Shown here piece after piece: positions 21,848 to 31,752 of a stretch of DNA of 64,000 bases. The notes under the pieces are model-generated. The model was not told the DNA's origin. It saw nothing but the letters and a program-made list of their open reading frames with translations, and did no database searches. The stretch is from assembly GCA_963749495.1 (NCBI GenBank), contig CAVVMW010000005.1, positions 384,001-448,000 on the forward strand, in the 5' to 3' direction. Numbering within the stretch: position 1 is the stretch's first letter; every line of letters starts with the position of its first letter. The position numbers and the translations under genes were made by a program. Source of the DNA: an uncultured bacterium. Its GTDB lineage: Bacteria > Verrucomicrobiota > Verrucomicrobiia > Limisphaerales > UBA8199.

Positions 21848-22692
21848 TAGTCCGGGTTATCGACATTGCTCGGGTTCTGATGCAAACGCAAAGCGCTGTG
21901 CTTTATGAGCTCGGAGGCTTTTTCGTAATCTGGGGCCAGGAGGGAGGGCCGTTCAGATCGCCAGGACACTTTCGAAAAAAGCCGAGACAGCTTGGATGCT
22001 CGCCGCCATCTCATCAGGTTGTCTGTGGCAGGGCAAAAGGCATGCCAATGGCCTTGCAGGTGTCGGTAGCGAAGCCCGAAGGACGCCGCCAGCCCTTGCA
22101 GAGCCGGAACGGTATAAAAGGCTACATGCTGGCCATGATCCAGACCAAAGTACCACCAATCCTCTGGACATGGTTGCGGTGCCGGCACTAGTTCAGTCGT
22201 GAATAATATGGTCCTGCTCATCTCCAGCATATCGCGCACGGTTTCGCGTGGCTCCGTCAGGTGCTCGAGTACCTCAACAGCAGTCAAAGCCCGATATATA
22301 CCGTGGCAACTTTTCGGGGCCTCGGAGAACTTGGTAAACAAATTCTCACAATGGGGATCTGACCAGTGAAATCTGAAACCGCGGTCCCGCATCAAACGGA
22401 CAAGCATTCCGTACCGTTCCCCGTAATCAATGAAGAGATCATCTTGCGTGGATATCTTCTCAAGGAGCGACGCCAGAAATGTCGAAGGGGAGATATTCCT
22501 GCTGACATAGCCAACATCCGTGGGGTTGATCGCGCAGGCACAGGCTTGCTGGAGCCAGAACACATGTTCGAAGAAGAGGAACCCACACTTGCAGCATTCG
22601 TATACACCGGTCTTATGCTTTTGCCTCACGATCGCCTCGGCGTATCGCCTTGCGGGACTGTGGCAGATTTTACATCTAGGGCTCGCATTCAT
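21847..22692 (-). CDS. Class I SAM methyltransferase with N-terminal CxxC pairs
   Basis: CKIC...CCKCG, IDYGERYG, EVLEHL, WWYF...GQHVAFY. Confidence 0.82.
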   Translation of the reverse strand: MNASPRCKICHSPARRYAEAIVRQKHKTGVYECCKCGFLFFEHVFWLQQACACAINPTDVGYVSRNISPSTFLASLLEKISTQDDLFIDYGERYGMLVRLMRDRGFRFHWSDPHCENLFTKFSEAPKSCHGIYRALTAVEVLEHLTEPRETVRDMLEMSRTILFTTELVPAPQPCPEDWWYFGLDHGQHVAFYTVPALQGLAASFGLRYRHLQGHWHAFCPATDNLMRWRRASKLSRLFSKVSWRSERPSLLAPDYEKASELIKHSALRLHQNPSNVDNPD

Positions 22693-22769
22693 GTCCGCGT
22701 ACTAGCACGCTTGGAGGAGCATTGCGCGGGGTTGTGCAGCTACGCGACGCCCAGTAAACTGGCTTTGGG

Positions 22770-23927
22770 CTATAGACGCTCGAGGAGAGCTGCAGCCACC
22801 TGCTCGACAGGAAGATCGGCGATGCATTGATTCGTGGGCCTCGTGCAAAACCAATCACAATGAAAACAGTCAAGACGCTTGGTGAGCCACACCTGCTTTT
22901 CGGATCGATGCCAGGGGGCGAAATTCCCGTAGTGGCCTCCGCCCAGAAGGATGACGGCCGGCATGTCCAGGGCCGTCGCAATATGTGCCGGAGCCGTCTC
23001 CATGCTCAAAAGAACCTTGGCACCAGCAATCAGCTTCACGAGGTCGTCCAGCGTCGGGGTGGAGGCTGCCGCGGTGTCCGGGATGCCAGCCTGGCGGAGC
23101 TTGGCTCCCAGGGCCAAGCCTCGATCCACACAAGTCGGCCCGCAGCAAAGCCGAACGGCGCATGGCCGGCGGCGATGCACCTCGCAGAGGGCCTGAATGA
23201 GGAGAGCCTCAGGGTAATCCCTGAGGACGCTGGTGCTGTAGGGGCAAACTAAGATGTACGGCGGCTGCTTGCTTGCATTGCAGCAGATTATAGGAATCAC
23301 TTGCTGCGGCATGACCCTCCGCTTCAGGGCGGCCTCTAGCACGAGGCGATGGGCCTCCAGGTCAAGGCAAAGGCCCTCCGGGGCTTTTGTCGGGTAGCAC
23401 CGCTCTTCATCGAATGCGAATTCAGTCCGTTGATGGTGGTAGTAAGCAGGATGGTTGACCAGCCCATGACGCGATCGGGCCTTGATCCAGTAGAGCAGCT
23501 GATTTTGCAGGCTGGTGCGTTGATGCCGTAGGCAGGCCAAATGCTCAAACCGGTACACCCCCAGCTCAAGCCAGTGGCCAAAGCACTCGCGCAGGCCCTG
23601 CGGCGTCCCTTTCACGTTAAAGGGAGGCACCACGACGTGGTGAGCATCAGGGAACTCCCGGCGGGCAAGTTCCTGGGCAAGCGGCGACACGACAAGAACC
23701 GTGTTTGCCTGCCCGAATTCATTTGTCAGCAACCGTACCGCGCCCGCGGCAAGTGCGAAATCTCCTATTCGATCCGCTTTGTAGATGCAGAGGCCAAAAT
23801 CACGGCGACGGAACCGCCGCGCAGGCCGGCTCAGGAGCTTAAGCCCCCAGCGGCCAAGAGGGTCGAAGCGAAGGAACGCAAATTGTTGCCGAAAATCCCG
23901 CATGTGCAATCGTAGAGACTCTTTCAT
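22770..23927 (-). CDS. GT9 heptosyltransferase-family protein
   Basis: DRIGDFAL, SMETAPAHIATAL, CFHCDWFC. Confidence 0.85.
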   Translation of the reverse strand: MKESLRLHMRDFRQQFAFLRFDPLGRWGLKLLSRPARRFRRRDFGLCIYKADRIGDFALAAGAVRLLTNEFGQANTVLVVSPLAQELARREFPDAHHVVVPPFNVKGTPQGLRECFGHWLELGVYRFEHLACLRHQRTSLQNQLLYWIKARSRHGLVNHPAYYHHQRTEFAFDEERCYPTKAPEGLCLDLEAHRLVLEAALKRRVMPQQVIPIICCNASKQPPYILVCPYSTSVLRDYPEALLIQALCEVHRRRPCAVRLCCGPTCVDRGLALGAKLRQAGIPDTAAASTPTLDDLVKLIAGAKVLLSMETAPAHIATALDMPAVILLGGGHYGNFAPWHRSEKQVWLTKRLDCFHCDWFCTRPTNQCIADLPVEQVAAALLERL

Positions 23928-23932
23928 CGGAC

Positions 23933-24964
23933 CTACGCGATGTCGCTCTTTGGTGCCCCCGGTCCAGATTCACGATTCGGCGAACTCGGACGCCCGCGGC
24001 GTTTTGCGATGACCCGTTGCATGAGAAGGCGGACGAAGAGGGTGCTCGGGATGCCGAGCCTCCTCAAAATCCGCAGCGATACGCAAGGCGGCGAGTTGAC
24101 CTTAAAAAACGCCCTGAAAAGCTCCCACTTCCGTTGGTCAATCGAGGGGTGTTCGGGAAAGTTCTCCATAAGCATGTCCGGATCCCAATCCCTCGTCTCC
24201 ATCCAGTGCCCACCCGAGGTCGTGTGAGTGGCTGTCTTGCCGAAGCCGATGTTTTTGACGAGCGTCCTGTTTGGGCAGAGCGTAAGCCCGCCCTTTTGGA
24301 ACACGCTCCAGCGCCAGCGGACGGCCCACGAGTCAATGGAGCCTGCCATTTGTGCCTCGAGCATACGGTAGATCCCAAAAGAATCATCAAGATCGAACCG
24401 GCTCCGCAGGGTGGGGTCGGTTTTCAGTATTTCCCAACCTTTGCAGTCCGGGTCGAACGCGTCCCACGCCCGTTTCCACGTGGCCCACCCCCAACTTGAC
24501 ACGCTGGGGATGAAAAAGGAGCATTGGGCGGAACCCAACATCGGAATCGAAAACATGTGCGCTGCGATTTGCATGACGCTGGGAGCATCCTCGTAACGGG
24601 CGAGTGCCTCGTTCATGTAAGCAAGAAAGCCCCGCGCGGTGAGCAGATCGTCCTCAAGAACGATCACGCGGCCATGTGAGCGCACTAGCTGGCCCACCCC
24701 CTCGATGATGGATCCGGCCAAGCCGAGACTCTCGCTGCGTTCGACGATCGTCGTGCGAGGGCACCAGGCTCGGCTGCGTACGGCTTCCCGGGTCGCCTGG
24801 ACGGCCTGCGCGTCGCGAGGCAAGCGCGCAGCGTCGCAGAACACGAATAACTCGCTCTCCTCGATTCCGGGATTCCTGGAGAGGTGCTCCAGCGTTTGGC
24901 GGGTCTCCTCGGGTCTTTTAAAAACGAAAAGCGCAATGGGTGCGCGCGACATGCTGATAGGCAT
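23933..24964 (-). CDS. GT-A fold glycosyltransferase
   Basis: APIALFVFKRP, GLAGSII, IVLEDD, SWGWATW, DSWAVRW, NIGFG. Confidence 0.88.
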   Translation of the reverse strand: MPISMSRAPIALFVFKRPEETRQTLEHLSRNPGIEESELFVFCDAARLPRDAQAVQATREAVRSRAWCPRTTIVERSESLGLAGSIIEGVGQLVRSHGRVIVLEDDLLTARGFLAYMNEALARYEDAPSVMQIAAHMFSIPMLGSAQCSFFIPSVSSWGWATWKRAWDAFDPDCKGWEILKTDPTLRSRFDLDDSFGIYRMLEAQMAGSIDSWAVRWRWSVFQKGGLTLCPNRTLVKNIGFGKTATHTTSGGHWMETRDWDPDMLMENFPEHPSIDQRKWELFRAFFKVNSPPCVSLRILRRLGIPSTLFVRLLMQRVIAKRRGRPSSPNRESGPGAPKSDIA

Positions 24965-25045
24965 AAAATGGCCCCACGAAAGCCGGACCGGCTGACCTCG
25001 TTTGACCCCCGTTTGGCGCGATCACGGCGAACGTAATGCGGGGTT

Positions 25046-25606
25046 TCATTGCCGGGCCACCCTCGGCGGACGGACACCCCCGCCCAAGCGATCCAGCACC
25101 CGCGCGCGCGCCTGGGCAAATGCGAAGAGCATTGCCATGTAGTTTGCAGGAGCAGCGCCCACGTATACGGTGTCGTGCATGGTGTCCACCTTGCATAAAT
25201 TCACTCCGGTTGTCGCGCCGTAGAGGACCATGCCCGCGAACATGATCGCGTATATGGGCGCTTCGGTCCGCGCGTCCGGCTGCGGTCTCCTAGCGTGCTG
25301 GATAGCCCACCCAAGCAGCTTGAGACGGTTGGTTGCCTCCCCAATGGGCAGGAAGACCAGCAAAAAGGGCACAGCGGCAATGACTGTGAGCACCCGCAAG
25401 AACGCCTTGTACTCCTGCTGGCCGGACGTGTCTCTGCCCGCACTGTCCTGCGGTGGCGCAGGGGCAGTGAGTTGCTGTTGGCGCATCCTTGGCAATCGGT
25501 TCGCTCCGCCGGAACTTGCCGCCATTCGCGAGGGGCGGAGGTCCGTTCTGTTCGGGTCAGAGGGCGCGATAGATTTCGGCAAGGCGCTGTCCTTGGCGGG
25601 CTGCAT
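25046..25606 (-). pseudogene. Internally deleted paralog of the Wzy/ligase at 19383..21098
   Basis: RDTSGQQEYKAFLR...RLKLL joined directly to GWAIQHAR...ATTGVNLCKV, both matching the intact gene. Confidence 0.88.
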
Positions 25607-26711
25607 TGAACTCCACTTCGATGCGCTGGCGCGCCGCGCAGGCCATCGCCTCCCACCTCCCGGGATGGGCGATGAGCCATCTCAAGCGCTCCACAAGGCC
25701 CTCCACGTCATGTTCCTCGGCGAGCAACCCGCCGGCCCCATCCTCCAGCACGTGAGGAATGTCGCAATGACGCGTGCTCACGACGGCCATCCCGCTGGCG
25801 GCCATTTCAATCAGTGTCATTGGCGCGCCCCCCTCCGTATCCCCGTGCGCTGCCGTGACGCTGGGAGAAAGGAACACGGCATGCCGCGCCGCTTCCTCCA
25901 GGAGAGTGCGATAAGGCTGGTAGCCCAGCAAACGCACCTGTTTGGCCAACCCCCCTTCGCCAATGGCGGCCAGGATGCGCTCCTTCTCGGCCAGGCTGGC
26001 GGGAACCCCGGTGGCATCCCCGATAATCGTCACCTCGAGCTCTGTGTCGCGCGCGACCCGGGCGAGCGCCCGCAGCGCATCTGGAAACCCCTTCTTGGCT
26101 GTAAAGGAGCCGGCCAGCAACACCCGCAGCGGTGAGCCCGGGCGCCATTGGCGGGGTCGAAAGGGGATCCTTTGGACCTCGACGCCAAGGTGGTGAACTT
26201 GAATTTTGGCCGGCGCGCAGCCAAGCGCGGCGATACATTTTCCCATGTGAGGGCCTTCACAAAGGACCTTGTCCACTTGCCGGAACAGCTCGGCGTAACG
26301 CTCGCGCCAGACTGGCTCCTGGCGTGGAAGGTACCCGACGTCAAAACCATAGAAGGTCACGACATGTTTCAGACCTAGACGGCGCGCTGTCCGCAGGCCA
26401 TGCCAGCCGAGATGTCCGAAATGGGAGTGCAGGACGTCAGCCCTCCAGTCGCGCGCGCATCGCCCCATAAACGCCCGGCGCTGACCCAGGCGCCTCAAAA
26501 CGCTGTCGGCGCGCCGGCGCAGCCAGGACTGGTCGCGGGCGCTGTGGATGTTCGGCACTTGAAACTGATCCAGGTGGCATGTGTCCGTGCAGACAATGTG
26601 GCTCTCGATGTCCGCCGGCAAATTGGCCACCTGATGGTAGAGCCATGTCTGCGTCTGAGGCAGCCACGTCTCGACATTGTGCAGGACACGCAATGGGCGG
26701 GGGCTGCTCAC
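25557..26711 (-). CDS. GT4 glycosyltransferase (WcaL-like)
   Basis: HSHFG, VTFYGFD, KKG, PSVTAAHGDTEGGAPMTLIEMAASG. Confidence 0.92.
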   Translation of the reverse strand: MSSPRPLRVLHNVETWLPQTQTWLYHQVANLPADIESHIVCTDTCHLDQFQVPNIHSARDQSWLRRRADSVLRRLGQRRAFMGRCARDWRADVLHSHFGHLGWHGLRTARRLGLKHVVTFYGFDVGYLPRQEPVWRERYAELFRQVDKVLCEGPHMGKCIAALGCAPAKIQVHHLGVEVQRIPFRPRQWRPGSPLRVLLAGSFTAKKGFPDALRALARVARDTELEVTIIGDATGVPASLAEKERILAAIGEGGLAKQVRLLGYQPYRTLLEEAARHAVFLSPSVTAAHGDTEGGAPMTLIEMAASGMAVVSTRHCDIPHVLEDGAGGLLAEEHDVEGLVERLRWLIAHPGRWEAMACAARQRIEVEFNAARQGQRLAEIYRAL

Positions 26712-28215
26712 GGCTTTGCCCGAACCAAGTTGGTGAACGCACGCACGCCGGCGCGGTTCAAAATCAGGCTGGCGCCGACATACAGGACCGCGCCAACTCC
26801 CACCAGCGCGGCAAGACCCGGGATCCGTCCCAATTGGGACTGGCAGGGATTCGCCAGACAGTAAACCACTATCGCCATGAAGAGGCCGCAGGCGTATGGC
26901 CGCCAGAGGGCAAGGGCCATAGTGCGGAATCGCAGATGGATCAACCTGAATGAAAAGAAATAATCAATCGGCGTGGCAATGGCGTCAGCCAGGGCATAGA
27001 GGATGACCACGCCCAGCGTCCCCCAGTGCAGTCCCGTGACGATGGCGGCAATGTAGATGAGGCTGTTGAGAGTCCCCACGCGAAACATGAGGTCCGTTCT
27101 TCCTTTGGAGGTGTAAATCTGGCCGGTGGTGCCGGCAACGGCTTGGTTCAGGCCGACCATGGACAGGATCATGAGCATGTGCACGATGGGCTCCCACTTG
27201 GGCGACAGGACACACAGCACGAACGGACGGGCCAAGGCGCACAAGCCGAAGAGGATGGGCTCGTCAGCAATGCGATGGCGCCGACCACTTTGAGGTAGGT
27301 GCGCAAGAAGGTCTCGTCGTCATCCTGCAGCTTGGACAAAGTGGAAAAAAGAACCCGCCCAATTAGCCCGTTGATCAACTGGCCCGGATACTGCATCAGC
27401 CGGTAGGCCATGCCGTAGTAGCCCAGGCTGGCGGAGCCGAGGTACCGGCCGATGAGGGCGCTGTCCGTTCGGCGCGCCCAATAATTAAAGATACTGTAGG
27501 CGGCCAGGTTGAAGCTGTATCTGCTGAGCGAGCGAACATCGGCCCAGGCAAAGGCAAAGCTCGGTCTCCACTCAGCCGCTCGCCACAGAAGCACGACCAT
27601 GCAGACACAGGACGCATACTGCTGGAGGACGAGGCTCCACACCCCCCATCCGTTCAAGGCGGCGGCAATGGCCGTCAGGTAACTGATCCCGGCCGCCAAC
27701 ACCTCGAACTGCGAGATGCGCGAGAAAACCATATCGCGCTGCAACAACGACTGTTGAACAATGCTGAAGCTCGAGACGATGAAACTGGGCGCCAAGCCAC
27801 ATAGCAACACCGCCACGCGCGGTTCTTTGAAAAACAGCGCCATTAGGGGCGAGATGGCGGCGATCAACAGGGCTATGAGCATCCCCATCGCGACATTCAT
27901 CCAGAAAACACTGGAGATCAGTCGATGCGTTAAGTCTTTGCGCTGGACGAGCGCCGAGGCGGTCCCGAGATCCCGGAAGATTGCCGCAAACCCCGTCACT
28001 ACGACCACCATGGCCATGAGCCCGTAATCGGCCGGCGCGAGCACCCGGGCCAGGATGGCGGTGGATAGGAAGCCCATGCCTTGCTGGGCAAACTGGGAAA
28101 CCGCGGTCCAACGAACCCCTGTCAACGCTTTCTGGCGAAGGCTAACTCTGGCCCCGGCAGGCCGCCAATCGGGCGGTGTTTCCGGCACGAGGGCGGTGTC
28201 AAGGGGTCTGTTCAT
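26708..28215 (-). CDS. wzx: Wzx/PST polysaccharide flippase, frameshift near 27255
   Basis: LARVLAPADYG, DLGTASALVQ, LIGRYLGSASLGYY; C-terminal TMs in 26708..27244. Confidence 0.88.
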
Positions 28216-28281
28216 GCATGATTCGGCGCGGTTCACCTGCGGCGGCAAGTTTCCAGCCAGTAACGAGTGCCTTGCAAAGGG

Positions 28282-29043
28282 TCAGGTTGCGGCTGGCAAA
28301 GCCGTGTTTCCCGCGGCTTTGCGCCCGGCCATTACCGAATTCTCCTCCCCGGCATCGTAATAGGTGCAGGCAACCTCAATCAGCGGAATACTTGCGAAGA
28401 ATGATGCGTAGGCTCTGCGTGAGCGGAACCGCCAATTCGGGCCATCGGGCTTGTCCTGGGTGTTTTCAACCAAGAACAACAGCCCCCCAGGGCGAAGGAC
28501 CCGTTGGATCTCCCGAATGCTGGCGAGCAACACGCCATCCTTCAAGCCTCCCAGCACGAGGCAGCACCAAACCACATCGACGCTGGTATCTTCAAGGGGG
28601 ATCACGCCTTCGGTCATCGTGCGGTAGGTAACCCCCGGCCCTGGCGGCGCGAGATTGAGCAGAGCTTCAATCGGATCCGAACCGATGCATTCCCCGATGA
28701 TCGCCGCCAGGTCTGGCGTGAAACGGCCGGGCCCACAGCCGAAGTCGAGGACCCTCCGCTCATTCCCCTTCAGCCTGCTTTTGAGGTGAGGGTAGAGGAT
28801 CGCTTTCTGGCAATTCGTAACCGCGTCAAATTCGTTTTCAGAATGCGCCAGGTTCAACACCGATCTCCTGCCATGCTGCCCTGCGCGCTGCTCCCAATAC
28901 GCTTTGTCAGGCATGGGCGGGTGACGACAGCTTTTCGGGCTCAAGAGTCTTCGCGCCACCTGGCGCATTCGGCTGGCCAAGCGGGCAGCCGAGCTTGGCG
29001 TCGCCGTTTGTGCTTCTGCCGTGTCCTGGTTGTGATCTTCCAT
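28282..29043 (-). CDS. Class I SAM methyltransferase
   Basis: YWEQRA, VLDFGCGPGRF, RVLRPGG. Confidence 0.88.
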   Translation of the reverse strand: MEDHNQDTAEAQTATPSSAARLASRMRQVARRLLSPKSCRHPPMPDKAYWEQRAGQHGRRSVLNLAHSENEFDAVTNCQKAILYPHLKSRLKGNERRVLDFGCGPGRFTPDLAAIIGECIGSDPIEALLNLAPPGPGVTYRTMTEGVIPLEDTSVDVVWCCLVLGGLKDGVLLASIREIQRVLRPGGLLFLVENTQDKPDGPNWRFRSRRAYASFFASIPLIEVACTYYDAGEENSVMAGRKAAGNTALPAAT

Positions 29044-29081
29044 AAACGTTGGCTGGGGGACGCTGCTTGGGCCGCCCACTC

Positions 29082-29250
29082 GGCGCCCAGCGAACTGCGA
29101 GCAGCGCGGACGACCTCCTGACCGCCTCCATCTGCGAGCTTGGCCGGGATCGGCAAGCTGACCCTCTGCAGGCCAACCCCCGTGGCCTCAGAGTCGTCTT
29201 CGGCCGCCCAGCCGAGGTTGGCCGCGTAATGGGGATCCTCCGGGGCTCGT
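29082..29250 (-). pseudogene. Decayed 3' tail of a DegT aminotransferase
   Basis: PEDPHYAANLGWAAEDDSEATGVGLQRVSLPIPAKLADGGGQEVVRAARSSLGA versus PEHPYYQASFGWKAEDYPRAMQVGRQTVSLPLSARLADEDAQDVAGAVRGALGA (gene ending at 30385). Confidence 0.8.
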
Positions 29251-29266
29251 CACCCCGCGTTGGACT

Positions 29267-30358
29267 TCACGGCCCGGCGGCCGCGGCATCCGCCAGGTTC
29301 GCCATGACCGCCGCGACGCGTTCCCCGGCCTTTCCGTCCCAAAGCGGCACATCCTCGCTCTGCTTTCTCTTGCCCTTTAGGATAAGCCAGGCCTCGCTCT
29401 TAAGCTTTTCCAGGTCTTCCCCGACCACGGTGTTGGTGCCGAGCTCGCACGTGATCGGCCGCTCGGTGTTCCGCCGCAGCGTCAGGCAGGGCACGTTCAG
29501 CCAGGTTGCCTTTTCCTGGACGCCCCCCGAATCGGTGATAACCATCGTCGCGTGCTTTTGCAGCCACAGGAACTCGAGGTAGCCCTGGGGTTGGGCGAGG
29601 TAAAGCCCGGGAGTTGGCGCCGCCAGGCCCAGGGCCTCCAGTCTCTGCCGGGTCCGCGGGTGGATTGGAAAGACTGTGGGAATCGCCAGGCTCAACTCCC
29701 GCAGCGTGCGAGCTATGCACCGCAGGCGCTCGGGTTGGTCCACGTTCGAGGGGCGGTGCAGCGTCACCAGGGCGAAACGCCCGTCGATGCCCTCGATTTC
29801 CGGCCTCCGGGCATGGCCGACGAGCCGGACCAGCGTGTCAATCATGCAATTGCCCACCAGGTGGATCTTCTCCCCTCCGATCCCTTCCCGCAACAGGTTC
29901 GCGTTGCCATCCGCCGACGGCGTGAACAGCAAATCCGAGATCTGGTCCGTCAGCACCCTGTTGATTTCCTCGGGCATCGTCCGGTCCCGCGAACGCAGAC
30001 CGGCCTCGACGTGCGCTACCCTGACACCCATCTTGGCCGCGACGAGCGCGCAGGCCACCGTCGAGTTCACGTCCCCATACACTATCAACCAGTCCGGCTT
30101 GTGTTCGCCCAAGACCCTCTCGAAACGCACCATGATCTCTGCCGTCTGGACCGCGTGCGAGCCGGAGCCGACCCCCAGGTTCGCGTCGGGTTCCGGCATC
30201 CCAAGCTGGCGGAAGAAAACCTCCGACATCCGCTCATCGTAATGCTGCCCCGTGTGGACCAGCACCTGCCCAATCCGCGGGTGCTTGCGCAGCGCGAGCA
30301 CCACCGGCGCGGCCTTCATGAAATTGGGCCGCGCGCCGACGACACTGATGATTTTCAT
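29267..30358 (-). CDS. wecB: UDP-GlcNAc 2-epimerase (non-hydrolysing)
   Basis: VGARPNFMK, HTGQHYD, HVEAGLRS...MPEEINR, TDSGGVQE, TERP. Confidence 0.93.
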   Translation of the reverse strand: MKIISVVGARPNFMKAAPVVLALRKHPRIGQVLVHTGQHYDERMSEVFFRQLGMPEPDANLGVGSGSHAVQTAEIMVRFERVLGEHKPDWLIVYGDVNSTVACALVAAKMGVRVAHVEAGLRSRDRTMPEEINRVLTDQISDLLFTPSADGNANLLREGIGGEKIHLVGNCMIDTLVRLVGHARRPEIEGIDGRFALVTLHRPSNVDQPERLRCIARTLRELSLAIPTVFPIHPRTRQRLEALGLAAPTPGLYLAQPQGYLEFLWLQKHATMVITDSGGVQEKATWLNVPCLTLRRNTERPITCELGTNTVVGEDLEKLKSEAWLILKGKRKQSEDVPLWDGKAGERVAAVMANLADAAAAGP

Positions 30359-30384
30359 GGCAAGGTCCGGGTTGTCCGTTCCGC

Positions 30385-31571
30385 TCAGGCGCCCAGCGCC
30401 CCGCGCACCGCGCCGGCCACGTCCTGCGCATCCTCATCGGCCAGCCGGGCCGAGAGGGGCAGGCTGACGGTTTGCCTGCCAACCTGCATGGCGCGCGGGT
30501 AATCTTCGGCCTTCCAGCCAAAGCTCGCCTGGTAATAGGGGTGCTCCGGGATGCTCAGGTAATGGACCCCAACGCCGATCCCCCGCGCAGTCATGGCGTC
30601 CAGAAAGGCGTCGCGGTCGATCCCGGTCCGCGCCTGGTCCACCAGGATGGTGTAGAGGTGATGGGCATGCCGGCTGCCGGCCTCCGGCGCCGCCGGCAGG
30701 GTAATTGGCAGGGGGGCCAACTCCCGGTTGTAGTAATCCCAGATCTCCCGGCGCCGTGCCCAGCAGGCCTCCACCCGCGCCAGTTGGTGAATCCCGATGG
30801 CCGCCTGCAGGTCCATCATGTTGTATTTGAAACCGCATTCCACGACCTGATAGTGCTTGTAGCCCCGGTCTCCAAAGCGTTTCCAGGCGTCCTTGCTCAT
30901 CCCGTGCAGCGCCAGCACCTTGCACCGCGCCGCCTCCCGCTCCGAACGGGCCAGGATCATCCCGCCTTCGCCAGTCACGACGTTCTTGGTGACGTAGAAG
31001 CTGAAACAGCCAAAGTCGCCGAAGGTGCCCGTCGGCTGGCCCTGCCAGGTTGTTTCAATGGCGTGGGCGCAATCCTCGATGAGGATCAGCCCGTGCTTGC
31101 GCGCCAGCTCGCAGAGCGCGCCCATGTCGCAGGCGCGCCCCGCGAAATGGACCGGGACAATCGCCCGCGTGCGCGGCGTGATGCGGCGCTCGACCTCGCC
31201 CGGGTCGATGTTCATCGTGCTGCCATCGATGTCCGCCAGCACAGGCTTGAGGCCGGCGTGAATGATGGCGTTGACCGTCGCGCAAAAGGTCAGGGCCGTC
31301 GTAATCACCTCGTCCCCCGGCCTCAACCCGGCCGCTGTCATGCTCACGTGCAAGGCGGCCGTGCAGGAGTTGACCGCCACGGGATGACCCCAGCCGCCCT
31401 TGTAAGCGTGGAAGGCCTGCTCGAACCGCGCGACCCGGGGCCCGTCCCGAGCCAGCCGCTCTTCATGCACTGCACCAACTCCTCGATCTCGGCCTCCTCG
31501 ATCCGAGGCGCGCCGAACACAAGGAAACCCTTCCCGGCGCGCCGGCCTTTCTGTTGCTGTGGCTCGTTCAT
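30385..31571 (-). CDS. DegT/DnrJ/EryC1/StrS aminotransferase, frameshift near 31440
   Basis: SGWLGTGP, NSCTAALH, EDCAHA, SFYVTKNVVTGEGG. Confidence 0.9.
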
Positions 31572-31752
31572 AAGAAGGCGCTACGATCTTGAGATCGCGC
31601 ATGGCGACCTTGAACCTGAAGGGCGTCGCCTGCCGCGAAGCGTTTTGGACTGCGCCAGCCCTCTGGCGCTTTCGCCTTCCCAGGGTCCAAAAAGCGGCAG
31701 AGGACTGCCGCAGTCCAAAACTTTGCGGGCTTGGCGACAGTTCATGGAGAGG
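31568..31752. repeat. Family-Y element, copy 2
   Basis: TTTTGGACTGCGCCAGCCCTCTGGCGCTTT...AAAGCGGCAGAGGACTGCCGCAGTCCAAAA inverted pair; TTCAT boxes at both ends. Confidence 0.85.
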
